Assembly (NCBI GenBank): GCA_964510585.1
Contig: CAZECW010000082.1
Span: 1 to 32,000, forward strand
Length of the DNA stretch: 32,000 nucleotides
Direction: 5' to 3'
Origin: an uncultured archaeon
Lineage (GTDB): Archaea > Asgardarchaeota > Jordiarchaeia > Jordiarchaeales > Jordiarchaeaceae
This document shows positions 7,921-18,729 of the stretch, piece after piece. The notes under the pieces were generated by a model. That model searched no databases. It had not been told where the DNA came from and worked only from the letters and a program-made list of their open reading frames with translations. Position 1 is the first letter of the stretch. Each line of letters begins with the position of its first letter. The position numbers and the translations under genes are program-made.

Positions 7921-10900
7921 ATGAGTGGTTGTGAAGCATATTTGGAAGATGAGCCTCTGTGGTATAAGGATGCTGTTATTTATGAGGTTCATGTTAAGGC
8001 GTTTTATGATAGTAGCAATGATGGTGTAGGGGACTTTCGTGGGCTCATAGAAAAGCTTGACTATCTTCAAGGCTTGGGAGTTACCGCCATTTGGCTATTA
8101 CCATTTTTCCCCTCACCTCTAAAGGATGACGGATACGATATTGCAGATTATTTTGGAGTCCACCCCTATTATGGTACACTAAACGATTTTAGGGAGTTCC
8201 TAAGGGAGGCTCATAAACGCGGCCTTCGCGTCATTATAGAACTTGTTTTAAACCATACATCGGACCAGAACCTGTGGTTTCAGAGAGCAAGAAGAGCTAA
8301 GCCAGGCTCCAAATGGAGGGAATTCTACGTATGGAGTGATACGCCGGAAAAGTACAAGGAGGCAAGGATAATCTTTAAGGATTTTGAAACTTCCAACTGG
8401 GCATGGGACCCCGTAGCTAAGGCTTATTACTGGCACCGCTTCTACTCCCATCAACCAGACCTAAACTATGATAACCCCATGGTACATGAAGCAATATTTC
8501 GTGTAATTGACTATTGGTTGGAAATGGGTGTAGATGGCCTAAGGTTAGACGCTGTTCCATACCTGTATGAACGCGACGGCACCAATTGTGAGAATCTCCC
8601 AGAAACTTACGAATTCTTGGAAAAGTTAAGGGCTCATGTGGATAGCAAGTTTAGGAACCGTATGTTGCTGGCGGAGGCTAACCAGTGGCCGGAGGACGCA
8701 GTAGCCTATTTTGGCAAGGGTAACAGGTGCCACATGGCTTTCCATTTCCCACTAATGCCCAGAATCTTTATGGCGGTTCAAATGGAGGATCGCTTCCCAA
8801 TAATTGATATTATGGAGCAGACCCCAACTATACCCGAGTCTTGCCAATGGGCATTGTTCCTGCGAAACCACGACGAATTGACCCTTGAAATGGTTACAGA
8901 CGAAGAGCGTGACTACATGTACCGCATCTACGCTAGGGATCCTAAAGCAAGGATAAACTTGGGGATCCGCCGCCGCTTGGCACCGCTACTTGAAAATGAC
9001 CGAAGAAAAATAGAACTAATGAACATACTACTCCTCTCCTTTCCAGGTACACCGGTTATCTACTATGGTGACGAAATTGGTATGGGAGACAATTATTATC
9101 TCGGCGACCGAAACGGGGTTCGCACCCCAATGCAGTGGAGCCCAGACAGAAACGCAGGCTTTTCCAAAGCCAATCCTCAAAAGCTATATCTCCCAGTAAT
9201 TATTGATCCCGAATATCACTATGAAGCAGTAAATGTGGAAAATCAGGAGAAAAATTTTAACTCACTTCTCTGGTGGATGAAACGCCTAATTGCGACGCGT
9301 AAACGCTTCAAGGCCTTTGGTAGGGGAAGCATCGAATTCCTCTATCCCGAAAATTCAAAAATTCTAGCCTTCATTCGCAAGTATCAGGATGAAACTATTC
9401 TGGTAGTCGTGAATCTTTCAAGATTTTCACAAGTGGTTGAGTTGGACCTCTCAAAATATGTGGGATTTGTTCCAGAAGAAGTTTTTAGCAAAAATAAGTT
9501 CCCCACCATCAAGGATTCTCGATATGTACTGACACTGGGGCCATATGCTTATTACTGGTTTTTGTTGCAAGAGGAGGAGAAGCTTAAGAGTGTCGTTAGG
9601 GAAAAAGTTTTACCCCGCCTAGTTGTGAAAACAAGTTGGGAAAATGTGCTGGAGGGCAGAATGAGGGAGAGGCTGGAAGAAGAAGTTTTGCCCAACTATT
9701 TGAGGGGCTGCCGCTGGTTTATTGGAAAATCTCTGACTATACAAGAAATTTCTGTTATCAGCGACATCCCCATTACTGATAAATCAGTTCTTGCACACCT
9801 ACTCCTCTTTGAAGTAAAATATTCGGAGGGATTATCAGAAAAGTATCAGCTACCAGTAACCTTCGCCTCAAAGGAAAAAGCCAAAAAAATGGTGGAGGAA
9901 TCCCCACAGTGTGTAATAGCAAATATTCGCGTAGACGAGGAGGAGGGGATCCTTTATGACGCATATTATGATGAGGGCTTCCGTCAATATCTGCTCTCAA
10001 TGTTCTCACATAAAAGAAAAATAAAGGGAAATTGGGGTGAGCTCTTAGCCCCTAGGAGTCCAAAATTTTGGAAGCTACTTGGTAGTAGAGGGATTTCCTT
10101 AAATTCTCAGATTGTCAAAGGCGAGCATGATAACACGTGCATCACATATGAAAATGTGTTCTTCCTAAAACTGTATCGTAAGCTGGACGAAGGGGAAAAT
10201 CCAGACCACGAAATCATAAAATACTTATCCAGTCAAGGTAGCTTTTCCCAAATTCCCCCATTTGCAGGCGTAATCCAGTACCTACCACAGGACGGAGCGC
10301 CCTTCATAATTGGGGTTCTTGAGGGATATGTTCTCAACCAAGGTAACGCTTGGAAATACAGTTTTGACGCTGTCGGCCAATATTCTGAAAGAGTATTGTC
10401 TAAAAAGATGGAGACACCGAGAATTCCTCAAAATCTTTTTCCAGTATTACGTTTTTCAGAGATCCCCCCATTGTTCCAGGAGCTAATAGGTGGAGTTTAC
10501 CTAGAAATGGTTAGCCTGCTGGGAAAAAGAACGGGAGAGCTACACTTGGCACTTAGCCAAGAAACAGAAAATCCAGAATTCACTCCGGAACCCTTTTCCA
10601 CCCTTTACCAGAGAGCGGTTTATCAATCTATGAGGAGCCTAGTGCGAAGGGTAACGCTATCGTTGTCGAGAAATCTTGAGAAACTCCCAGAAAAAGTGCA
10701 AGAAGAAGCCCTTGGAATAATAGCTTCTGAGAATGAAGTTTTGAACCATATGCAAAAAATTTTACGGAAAAAAATATCAACAATGAAAATACGCATCCAT
10801 GGCAATTACCACCTGGAACATATTCTATATACGGGAAAGGACTTTGTAATTATTGATTTTGAGGGTGAATCTGCACGTGCACTTAGCGAAAGAAGATTGA

Positions 10901-11256
10901 AACGCTCCCCCCTCAGGGACGTTGCAGCAATATTGCGTTCATTTGAATATGTGGCTTTTAGAGCTCTTCAGCAGCATGCATCCCTCAGAGCTGAGGACAC
11001 TATTCTACTGGAATCATGGATTAAACTATGGTGCTATTACGTAAGTGGCGTTTTTCTGCATTCCTACCTCAATACTGTGGGGAAGGCTCCCATTGTACCG
11101 ACGGATAAGGAGGAGTTCCAGGTATTGCTCGAAGCCTTCCTCCTAGAAAAAGCATTTTACGAACTGAGCTATGAACTCGAAAATCGACCCGATTGGGCAA
11201 TTATCCCCATCAAAGGAATAAAAAACATCTTACAAAGCATGCCAGCAACAAGTTAG
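7921..11256 (+). CDS. treS: Trehalose synthase (maltose alpha-D-glucosyltransferase, GH13) fused to a maltokinase (Mak/Pep2)-like domain
   Basis: LWYKDAVIYE, DGLRLDAVPY, AEANQW and RNHDELTLE (intact GH13 triad); C-terminal FLKLYR, RIHGNYHL, DFEGE, SPLRDVA and YELENRPDW. ATG 7921 is preferred over the TTG 7882 in the ORF track. Confidence 0.95.
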   Translation: MSGCEAYLEDEPLWYKDAVIYEVHVKAFYDSSNDGVGDFRGLIEKLDYLQGLGVTAIWLLPFFPSPLKDDGYDIADYFGVHPYYGTLNDFREFLREAHKRGLRVIIELVLNHTSDQNLWFQRARRAKPGSKWREFYVWSDTPEKYKEARIIFKDFETSNWAWDPVAKAYYWHRFYSHQPDLNYDNPMVHEAIFRVIDYWLEMGVDGLRLDAVPYLYERDGTNCENLPETYEFLEKLRAHVDSKFRNRMLLAEANQWPEDAVAYFGKGNRCHMAFHFPLMPRIFMAVQMEDRFPIIDIMEQTPTIPESCQWALFLRNHDELTLEMVTDEERDYMYRIYARDPKARINLGIRRRLAPLLENDRRKIELMNILLLSFPGTPVIYYGDEIGMGDNYYLGDRNGVRTPMQWSPDRNAGFSKANPQKLYLPVIIDPEYHYEAVNVENQEKNFNSLLWWMKRLIATRKRFKAFGRGSIEFLYPENSKILAFIRKYQDETILVVVNLSRFSQVVELDLSKYVGFVPEEVFSKNKFPTIKDSRYVLTLGPYAYYWFLLQEEEKLKSVVREKVLPRLVVKTSWENVLEGRMRERLEEEVLPNYLRGCRWFIGKSLTIQEISVISDIPITDKSVLAHLLLFEVKYSEGLSEKYQLPVTFASKEKAKKMVEESPQCVIANIRVDEEEGILYDAYYDEGFRQYLLSMFSHKRKIKGNWGELLAPRSPKFWKLLGSRGISLNSQIVKGEHDNTCITYENVFFLKLYRKLDEGENPDHEIIKYLSSQGSFSQIPPFAGVIQYLPQDGAPFIIGVLEGYVLNQGNAWKYSFDAVGQYSERVLSKKMETPRIPQNLFPVLRFSEIPPLFQELIGGVYLEMVSLLGKRTGELHLALSQETENPEFTPEPFSTLYQRAVYQSMRSLVRRVTLSLSRNLEKLPEKVQEEALGIIASENEVLNHMQKILRKKISTMKIRIHGNYHLEHILYTGKDFVIIDFEGESARALSERRLKRSPLRDVAAILRSFEYVAFRALQQHASLRAEDTILLESWIKLWCYYVSGVFLHSYLNTVGKAPIVPTDKEEFQVLLEAFLLEKAFYELSYELENRPDWAIIPIKGIKNILQSMPATS

Positions 11257-11271
11257 AAAGGAGGCTTCAAA

Positions 11272-13215
11272 ATTCCAAAGCGTAAACGAAGACGAAAACC
11301 AGAAAGGGTAAGGTACGATGTGGGACTCATCACAGACCATGACACCTACTTCTTTAAGGAGGGAACTCACTACCGACTCTACGAGAAGCTGGGCTCCCAC
11401 ATCATAAAGTCGAATGAGGTTACTGGCACCTACTTCGCAGTCTGGGCCCCCAACGCGGAACGTGTTTCTGTAATTGGTGACTTTAATGGATGGGATCCAG
11501 AGGATTCCCCTTTGGGGGTAAGATGGGATGGCTCAGGTATCTTTGAGGGATTCATACCCGGTGTCGGCAAGGGGACTCGATACAAGTACCATATAGAATC
11601 TAAGTTCAACAAATACAAAGTGGATAAGGGAGACCCATTTTCCTTTTACTGGGAGGTTCCCCCCAAGACAGCTTCCATTGTTTGGGACTTGGATTATGAG
11701 TGGAAGGATGCGGAGTGGATGAGCAAACGTTACAAGCATAATTCACTTAATGCACCAATGGCCATTTATGAGGTTCACTTAGGCTCTTGGCGAAGGGTTC
11801 CTGAGGAAAACAGCAGGTTCCTCACATACAGGGAAATGGCCGAGTACCTAGTGGACTACGTGAAGGATATGGGGTTCACACATGTAGAATTCCTGCCAGT
11901 AATGGAGCATCCCTTCTATGGTTCTTGGGGATACCAGATAACTGGGTACTTTGCTCCTACAAGCAGATATGGCACACCTCAGGATTTTATGTATCTTATT
12001 GACTGTCTTCATCAGAATGATATAGGAGTAATCTTAGATTGGGTTCCCTCACACTTCCCAACCGATGAGCATGGCCTAGGCTTTTTTGATGGCACCCACC
12101 TCTACGAATATGATGATCCAAGGAGGGGGTTTCACCCTGACTGGAACAGCTTCATTTTTAACTATGCTCGGAACGAAGTGCCCGCCTTTCTCATTAGCAG
12201 CATTCTATTCTGGCTATCAAAGTATCATGCTGACGGCGTAAGGGTAGATGCTGTAGCATCAATGCTTTACCTCGACTACTCCCGAAAGAATGGTGAGTGG
12301 ATCCCTAACCAGTTCGGTGGCAAAGAAAACCTTGAAGCGATTAGTTTCATACGCAGAATGAATGAGGTGGTTTACGGAAATTTTCCCGATGTTCAAACCA
12401 TAGCCGAGGAGTCCACCGCTTGGCCCCAAGTTTCAAGGCCCACTTACCTAGGAGGCTTAGGCTTCGGTATGAAGTGGAATATGGGTTGGATGCATGACAC
12501 CCTTGAATATATGTCTAAGGATCCCATTTATCGTAAACATTACCACAATACGATAACTTTTAGCATATGGTATGCGTTCTCTGAAAACTTTATACTCCCC
12601 CTCTCTCATGATGAGGTGGTTTATGGCAAAGGCTCTCTTCTGGGCAAGATGCCTGGAGATGAATGGCAGAAATTTGCAAATCTCCGCCTACTATTTGGTT
12701 ACATGTATGCTCATCCAGGCAAAAAGCTTCTATTCATGGGGGGAGAATTTGGGCAGTGGAGGGAATGGAATCATGATTCAAGCCTTGATTGGCATCTTCT
12801 TCAGTATCCACCACACAGGGGCCTCCAGCAATGGGTGAAGGATTTAAACGCGTTTTACATTAGTGAACCAGTGCTTTATGAAGTTGATTTTGAAAGGGAA
12901 GGTTTTGAGTGGATAAATCTCGCTGACTGGGAGCAGAGTGTAATCAGTTTCATAAGAAAGGGCAGAACCACAAAGGACATCTTGCTGGTGATTTGTAACT
13001 TCACCCCAGTTCCACGATACAAATATATGGTTGGGGTTCCAGTAGACGGCGCTTGGAGATTAGTTTTAAACAGTGATGACAAAAAATATGGAGGAAGCGG
13101 GCTGGTCAAAATCGTTAAAGTCAAGGCCAAAAAGATTCCTTACAACGATAGACCCTATTCCATATCTGTTACCCTTCCGCCCCTAGGAGTCCTCTTCCTT
13201 AAATGGAAGCCCTAA
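11272..13215 (+). CDS. glgB: 1,4-alpha-glucan branching enzyme (GH13), lacking the long N-terminal extension
   Basis: [43 protein letters not shown] and LSHDEVV. The start is placed at ATT 11272 because of the strong RBS AAAGGAGG (11257-11264); the ORF track gives GTG 11320. Confidence 0.95.
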   Translation: MPKRKRRRKPERVRYDVGLITDHDTYFFKEGTHYRLYEKLGSHIIKSNEVTGTYFAVWAPNAERVSVIGDFNGWDPEDSPLGVRWDGSGIFEGFIPGVGKGTRYKYHIESKFNKYKVDKGDPFSFYWEVPPKTASIVWDLDYEWKDAEWMSKRYKHNSLNAPMAIYEVHLGSWRRVPEENSRFLTYREMAEYLVDYVKDMGFTHVEFLPVMEHPFYGSWGYQITGYFAPTSRYGTPQDFMYLIDCLHQNDIGVILDWVPSHFPTDEHGLGFFDGTHLYEYDDPRRGFHPDWNSFIFNYARNEVPAFLISSILFWLSKYHADGVRVDAVASMLYLDYSRKNGEWIPNQFGGKENLEAISFIRRMNEVVYGNFPDVQTIAEESTAWPQVSRPTYLGGLGFGMKWNMGWMHDTLEYMSKDPIYRKHYHNTITFSIWYAFSENFILPLSHDEVVYGKGSLLGKMPGDEWQKFANLRLLFGYMYAHPGKKLLFMGGEFGQWREWNHDSSLDWHLLQYPPHRGLQQWVKDLNAFYISEPVLYEVDFEREGFEWINLADWEQSVISFIRKGRTTKDILLVICNFTPVPRYKYMVGVPVDGAWRLVLNSDDKKYGGSGLVKIVKVKAKKIPYNDRPYSISVTLPPLGVLFLKWKP

Positions 13216-13347
13216 GAATGGGAATTGAAAGCCAAATAGTTAGGGGTGTGGTAACACTTTATTTGTGGAAGAAACTGAAGGTTTCGGCGATGAAGAATAA
13301 AAACTGGTATTTGGGAAAAGTCGGGCATTTAGTGTGGAGGCAGTTGT

Positions 13348-15771
13348 ATGAGTTATTATGTTTGTATTCATGGTCACTTTTATCAGCCGCCTAGGGAAAA
13401 TCCTTGGCTGGAAGAGGTTGAACTCCAAGAGGGAGCTCATCCTTACCATGATTGGAACGAAAAAATAACGGCCGAGTGTTATGCTCCCAATACGGCTTCC
13501 CGCATCCTTAACAGCGAAAGAAAGATTATTGAAATTGTGAACAATTATTCAAAAATCAGTTTTGACTTTGGTCCAACACTACTTTTATGGCTGGAGAGAC
13601 ACGCACCCGAAGTGTACCAAGTAATTATTGAAACTGATAAGGAATGCCAGAAGAAATATTCGGGACACGGACCCGCCATCGCTCAGGTTTATAATCACAT
13701 GATAATGCCCCTTGCCAATAGCAGAGATAAGCGTACTCAAGTGGTTTGGGGAATAAGGGATTTTGAGCACCGGTTCGGTAGGAAACCCGAAGGCATGTGG
13801 CTCCCTGAAACTGCTGTGGATCTTGAAACACTAGACATAATGGCGGAGTACGGCATAAAATTCACTATATTAGCTCCTCACCAAGCCAGTCGGATTAGAA
13901 AAATAGGAGAGGAGAAATGGAATAATGTTTTGGGCGGAAATATTAATCCTAAGATGCCTTACCTGTGTAGGCTTCCCTCGGGAAGATCGATTAGTATCTT
14001 TTTCTACGACCAGTCTGTGTCTCTAGATGTTGCTTTCGGCGACCTTTTGAAAAATGGAGAGAATTTCGCGTTAAAAATTGTTAGGAGCTTTTCCCAAGCT
14101 CAGAGACAACCCCAGATTGTACACATTGCCACTGATGGAGAAACTTATGGTCACCACCTGAAATTTGGCGATATGGCTCTCTCCTATTGCCTTCACTACA
14201 TAGAATCAAGAAATCTTGCTCAAATCACAATATATGGAGAGTATCTGGAAAAGAATCCCCCCACATATGAAGTGGAAATTATTGAGAACACTTCCTGGAG
14301 CTGCTTTCATGGTATTGAGAGGTGGAGAAGCGATTGCGGATGCAGAATGGGAGCTGAACCAGAGTTCAAACAAGAATGGAGAACTCACCTACGCGAAGCA
14401 ATGGACTGGCTAGGCGACAGAGTCAACCTCATCTACGAAAGGGAAATGGCTCAATACATTCAAGACCCTTGGAAGGCGAGGGATGATTACATTGAAGTTA
14501 TTCTTGACAGATCCATTGAGAACGTGGAGCGATTCCTTTCCAAGCATAGCAAAAAGCAACTATCCAAGGAAGAAAAGGTAAGGGTACTTAAGCTTTTGGA
14601 GATGCAGCGAAACGCCCTGCTTATGTATACGAGCTGCGGTTGGTTCTTTGACGAAATCTCCGGCATTGAATCTACCCAAGTGATGAAGTATGCTGCTCGC
14701 GCCATGCAGCTTGCCAGGGAAATATGCGGTGTGGATCTAGAACCCGACTACCTCAAAATACTTGAAAAGGCTCCGAGTAACATACCAGAGTATCAAAACG
14801 GGGCCCGAGTATACGACTTATTGGTGAGACCCTCCATTACCGATTTACTTAGAGTGGGGGCACACTACGCCATTTCCTCTATTTTTGGAGAGTATAAGGA
14901 AACCCAGAAGATATACTGTTACACTGCCAAGAATGAGGCATATGAGAATCTGGAGGCGGAAAATAAAAAATTCGCCGTGGGAAGAGTACGTTTACGTTCA
15001 GATATTACTTGGGAAGAGAGTGTGGTAAGCTTTGCAGTTTTACATTTCGGGGATCAAAACCTGATAGTGGGAGTCCGTGAATTCATGGATCGCAAATCTT
15101 TTTCCCAAATGTGTAAAGAGACCAAAAAGGCCTTCCTAAAGGGAGACTTCTCCAAGGTCGCCGACTTGATAAATAAATATTTTGAAAAACAAGTTTATTC
15201 CTTATCTCAACTTTTCAGAGACGAACAGATAAAAATTTTAAGCAGGATACTTGAACCCACACAAAAAAAGATAGAAAACCTATTTCTGCAAATATACAGA
15301 AACAATTACCCCATTATCCAAACCCTAAATGAAATGGGAATTTCCCTGCCACAAACTCTGGCTTCTGTCATTGAGTTTACATTAAATAACGCTCTGCGTA
15401 AATCGCTGGAGGATGAAGACTCCAACATTGAGGAGCTAAAAAAATTGGTTTCAGAAATGAAGAAAAGGTCAATAGAACCGGACAAAACCGACATGGGATT
15501 TGTAGCGAGCCAGAAAATTAATAAACTCATGGATAGACTCGCACAGGCACCTCAGGATAGCTCTCTTCTGGAAAACATAGTGAAAACTCTTAATATTCTA
15601 AGCGTATTTCCTCTAGAACTGAACCTCTGGAAGGCTCAAAACATATATTTCTCCGTAGGAAAAAAGTTCTGCGGCCCGATGCAGAAAAAAGCAGAAACCG
15701 ACCCCCACGCAAAAATGTGGTTAGACTATTTCAATGAACTAGGAGAATTTTTAGGAGTGAAATGTGTATAG
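13348..15771 (+). CDS. GH57-family glycoside hydrolase with DUF3536 domain
   Basis: IHGHFYQPPRENPW, WLPETAVD (nucleophile Glu), ATDGETYGHH (acid/base Asp), WSCFHGIERW and MYTSCGWFFDEISG. Confidence 0.9.
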   Translation: MSYYVCIHGHFYQPPRENPWLEEVELQEGAHPYHDWNEKITAECYAPNTASRILNSERKIIEIVNNYSKISFDFGPTLLLWLERHAPEVYQVIIETDKECQKKYSGHGPAIAQVYNHMIMPLANSRDKRTQVVWGIRDFEHRFGRKPEGMWLPETAVDLETLDIMAEYGIKFTILAPHQASRIRKIGEEKWNNVLGGNINPKMPYLCRLPSGRSISIFFYDQSVSLDVAFGDLLKNGENFALKIVRSFSQAQRQPQIVHIATDGETYGHHLKFGDMALSYCLHYIESRNLAQITIYGEYLEKNPPTYEVEIIENTSWSCFHGIERWRSDCGCRMGAEPEFKQEWRTHLREAMDWLGDRVNLIYEREMAQYIQDPWKARDDYIEVILDRSIENVERFLSKHSKKQLSKEEKVRVLKLLEMQRNALLMYTSCGWFFDEISGIESTQVMKYAARAMQLAREICGVDLEPDYLKILEKAPSNIPEYQNGARVYDLLVRPSITDLLRVGAHYAISSIFGEYKETQKIYCYTAKNEAYENLEAENKKFAVGRVRLRSDITWEESVVSFAVLHFGDQNLIVGVREFMDRKSFSQMCKETKKAFLKGDFSKVADLINKYFEKQVYSLSQLFRDEQIKILSRILEPTQKKIENLFLQIYRNNYPIIQTLNEMGISLPQTLASVIEFTLNNALRKSLEDEDSNIEELKKLVSEMKKRSIEPDKTDMGFVASQKINKLMDRLAQAPQDSSLLENIVKTLNILSVFPLELNLWKAQNIYFSVGKKFCGPMQKKAETDPHAKMWLDYFNELGEFLGVKCV

Positions 15772-15838
15772 AAAAGCCCAACACCAATTTAAGGCCTAAA
15801 GAGAGTAGCCATTTTTCATGTAGAAGGAGGATGCCAAT

Positions 15839-17362
15839 TTGAACATAAGAGCCTGCGGGATTCTTCTCCCCATTCTGTCAATACCTTCACCCTATGGAAT
15901 CGGCGACTTCGGTCCATGGGCCTACAAATTTGTGGATTTCTTAGTCGAAACCAGGCAGAGTTACTGGCAGATTCTCCCCTTAACTCCCACAGATCCCTCC
16001 TTTGGCAACACTCCCTATAACAGTTTCTCAGCTTTCGCGGGAAATACTCTCTTTATAAGCCCAGACCTACTTCTCAGTGATGGTCTAATTAAAAAGGAGG
16101 ATGTTGAACCTATCCCCTCCTTTCGAAAAAATATCATTGACTATCCAGAAGTTATTCGCTACAAGAACCGTATCTTCGACAGAGCCTACGAACACTTCAA
16201 AGTGGATAGGAGAAACATGTATGAGTATGAAAAGTTCTGTGCGGAAAACTCAAACTGGGTTGAAGACTACTCACTTTTTATGGCTGCAAAGGCGCGCTTT
16301 CAAGGAAAAGTCTGGAGTGAATGGCCACCGGAAATAAGAGACAGTCAACCAGAAGCCCTTCAAAGACTTAAGGAAGAACTACACGATAAGGTTGAGAAAG
16401 AAAAGTTCCTCCAGTACCTCTTCTTTAAACAGTGGTTCTCCCTCAAAAAATATTGCAACCAAAAAGGCATCCAAATCATAGGCGACATACCCATCTACGT
16501 TCATTACGACAGTGTAGACGTGTGGAAGAACCCCCAATTTTTCAAGCTAGACCAAGAAAAAAGGCCACTGTATGTTTCCGGCGTCCCCCCAGACTACTTT
16601 AGTAGCACGGGGCAACTCTGGGGGAACCCCGTCTATCGATGGGATATGTTAAAACAGGACAACTACGCCTGGTGGATTCGAAGAATGGAACACACCTTAA
16701 AGCTTTACGACTGGGTGCGCATTGACCACTTTCGAGGCTTCGCAGGATACTGGGAAGTTCCTGCAGGTGAAAAAACAGCCGTCAATGGTAGATGGGTGCC
16801 GGGACCAGGTGAAGATTTCTTCTCCACACTTCTTAGGCACTTCTCTAATCTGCCCATCATAGCAGAAGACTTGGGGGTCATCACTGACGATGTAAGGGAA
16901 CTCATGCGCCACTTCAACCTACCAGGAATGCGTGTACTCTTATTTGCATTCAGCGAAGACCTCCCCACAAATCCCTACGCTCCACACAACCACATTAAAG
17001 AATGTATAGTTTACACCGGAACCCATGATAACAATACGGTGAGAGGATGGTTTGAAAACGAAGCAACGCCACAGGAAAAAGAAAGAATCTCCAAGTACAT
17101 TGGGCGTAAAGTATCTTCCCTGAATGTCCACTGGGAGTTTGTGCGACTTGCAATGATGTCAGTTGCTAACACAGCCATAATACCTATTCAGGACATCTTA
17201 GGTTTGGGTCAAGAGGCGCGGATGAATAAACCGGCAACTACGGAAGGCAACTATAAGTGGCGTCTATCACCGGAACTGATAACCCCAAAAATAGCTGCAA
17301 AACTACGCGAAATGACAGAAATCTATGGGAGAGCAAAAAAAATCGAGGAAACATTTAAATAA
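15839..17362 (+). CDS. malQ: 4-alpha-glucanotransferase (amylomaltase, GH77)
   Basis: GIGDFG, WQILPL, GDIPIY, SGVPPDYFS, GQLWGNP, RIDHFRG, AEDLG and YTGTHDN; RBS AAGGAGG. Confidence 0.96.
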   Translation: MNIRACGILLPILSIPSPYGIGDFGPWAYKFVDFLVETRQSYWQILPLTPTDPSFGNTPYNSFSAFAGNTLFISPDLLLSDGLIKKEDVEPIPSFRKNIIDYPEVIRYKNRIFDRAYEHFKVDRRNMYEYEKFCAENSNWVEDYSLFMAAKARFQGKVWSEWPPEIRDSQPEALQRLKEELHDKVEKEKFLQYLFFKQWFSLKKYCNQKGIQIIGDIPIYVHYDSVDVWKNPQFFKLDQEKRPLYVSGVPPDYFSSTGQLWGNPVYRWDMLKQDNYAWWIRRMEHTLKLYDWVRIDHFRGFAGYWEVPAGEKTAVNGRWVPGPGEDFFSTLLRHFSNLPIIAEDLGVITDDVRELMRHFNLPGMRVLLFAFSEDLPTNPYAPHNHIKECIVYTGTHDNNTVRGWFENEATPQEKERISKYIGRKVSSLNVHWEFVRLAMMSVANTAIIPIQDILGLGQEARMNKPATTEGNYKWRLSPELITPKIAAKLREMTEIYGRAKKIEETFK

Positions 17363-17436
17363 GCATTTCTTAATATCTTTAAAAAGTCATATTCTCAAAA
17401 ACGGTAACCCACAAAATGTAGAAGAGGGTTGGAAAT

Positions 17437-18246
17437 TTGAAAACCAGAATAAATGATTTTGAAATGTATTATGAGGATGTGGGAAAAGGACCCGCACTAG
17501 TTTTAATTCATGGAATGGGAGGAGACTCAACTGAATGGGCACCTCTGATACCTGAACTCTCTCGGGAAGTTAGGTGTATAGCTGTAGATTTGAGAGGACA
17601 TGGAAAATCGGAGAAACCAAATCAACCTTACACTCAAGAGATGTTTGCAGATGATGTTGCAGCCCTCTTGGACACCTTAAAAATAGATAAGGCATACATA
17701 TGCGGAGTAAGCATGGGAGGCTTTGTGGCTCTAAAAATGGCATTAAGCCATCCAGAAAAAGTGAAGGGACTAATCCTGATAGATACTGCAGCGCGAATAC
17801 CAGCCAAATCCATCGAAGTGGGCGCAAGGTGGGCCAAGGCACTCACCGAAAAAGGATTGGAAGCATACATTGAAGCCGAGATAAAAGACATATTCCACCC
17901 CATGTTCGTACGCAGACACAAGGATGAAGTGAAAAAATTCGCGGATTCTATGAGGACCCGAGACCCTACAACAGTAGTCAGAATCCAGCAAGGTTATGCG
18001 AAGAGCCCACTAACATTGGAAAAAGACATAAAGAAAATCAAGGCACCAACACTAATCATTCATGGCAGAGAGGATGAGGTGGTACCTGTTGAAGAAGCAG
18101 AATTTATGCACAAGCAAATCCCAAACTCACAAATCGCAATCATCCCATTCGGCGGCCACGCAGTAGTTCTAGAAAGAAAAGACTTTTTCATAGACGCACT
18201 ACTCTACTTCATTGAAGAATCCGAAAAGAAAATGAAAAAATCCTAA
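17437..18246 (+). CDS. Alpha/beta-fold hydrolase (enol-lactone hydrolase-like)
   Basis: LIHGMGG, DLRGHGKS, GVSMGG, HGREDEVVP and GGH. Confidence 0.9.
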   Translation: MKTRINDFEMYYEDVGKGPALVLIHGMGGDSTEWAPLIPELSREVRCIAVDLRGHGKSEKPNQPYTQEMFADDVAALLDTLKIDKAYICGVSMGGFVALKMALSHPEKVKGLILIDTAARIPAKSIEVGARWAKALTEKGLEAYIEAEIKDIFHPMFVRRHKDEVKKFADSMRTRDPTTVVRIQQGYAKSPLTLEKDIKKIKAPTLIIHGREDEVVPVEEAEFMHKQIPNSQIAIIPFGGHAVVLERKDFFIDALLYFIEESEKKMKKS

Positions 18247-18300
18247 ACTTGAATTTCAAAACACTATCTGGAGAAAGCTCCCAAAAATTTTTTCTGATTA

Positions 18301-18729
18301 CTATTTTTTGTTTGCACACTTGGAGCAGTATCCAAAAAAGTTTATGCTTTGACTAATGATTTTGACACGCCTTTTCTCTTGAATTTCATTTACCAATCTT
18401 TCGACTAGATCTGATTCTACGTCTTCTATCCTGCGGCAATTTAGGCAGTGGATGTTAATATGAGGACTTAGTGTGGTGTCATATACTGTTTTGCCGTCTA
18501 TTTGACAGACTGCCTGAATCTCCCCTACTTTCTCTAATAGTTCTAATGTTTTGTAAACTGTGGCCGGGCTTATGGCGGGATTCTTCTTTTTTACTTCCTG
18601 GTAAATCATATAAACGGTAGGATGGTTTTTCATAGATTTTATTATTTTGAATACTTCTAGCCTCTGAGGTGTTACCTTGTATCCCTTACTTCTGAGATAG
18701 CTTATGAATTCCTGCAAATTTTGAGACAT
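18301..18729 (-). CDS. Fur-family transcriptional regulator (PerR-like), copy 1
   Basis: VTPQR, HPT, ISPATVYKTL, H-x-N-x-HCLNC and C-terminal GYCSKC. Confidence 0.93.
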   Translation of the reverse strand: MSQNLQEFISYLRSKGYKVTPQRLEVFKIIKSMKNHPTVYMIYQEVKKKNPAISPATVYKTLELLEKVGEIQAVCQIDGKTVYDTTLSPHINIHCLNCRRIEDVESDLVERLVNEIQEKRRVKIISQSINFFGYCSKCANKK

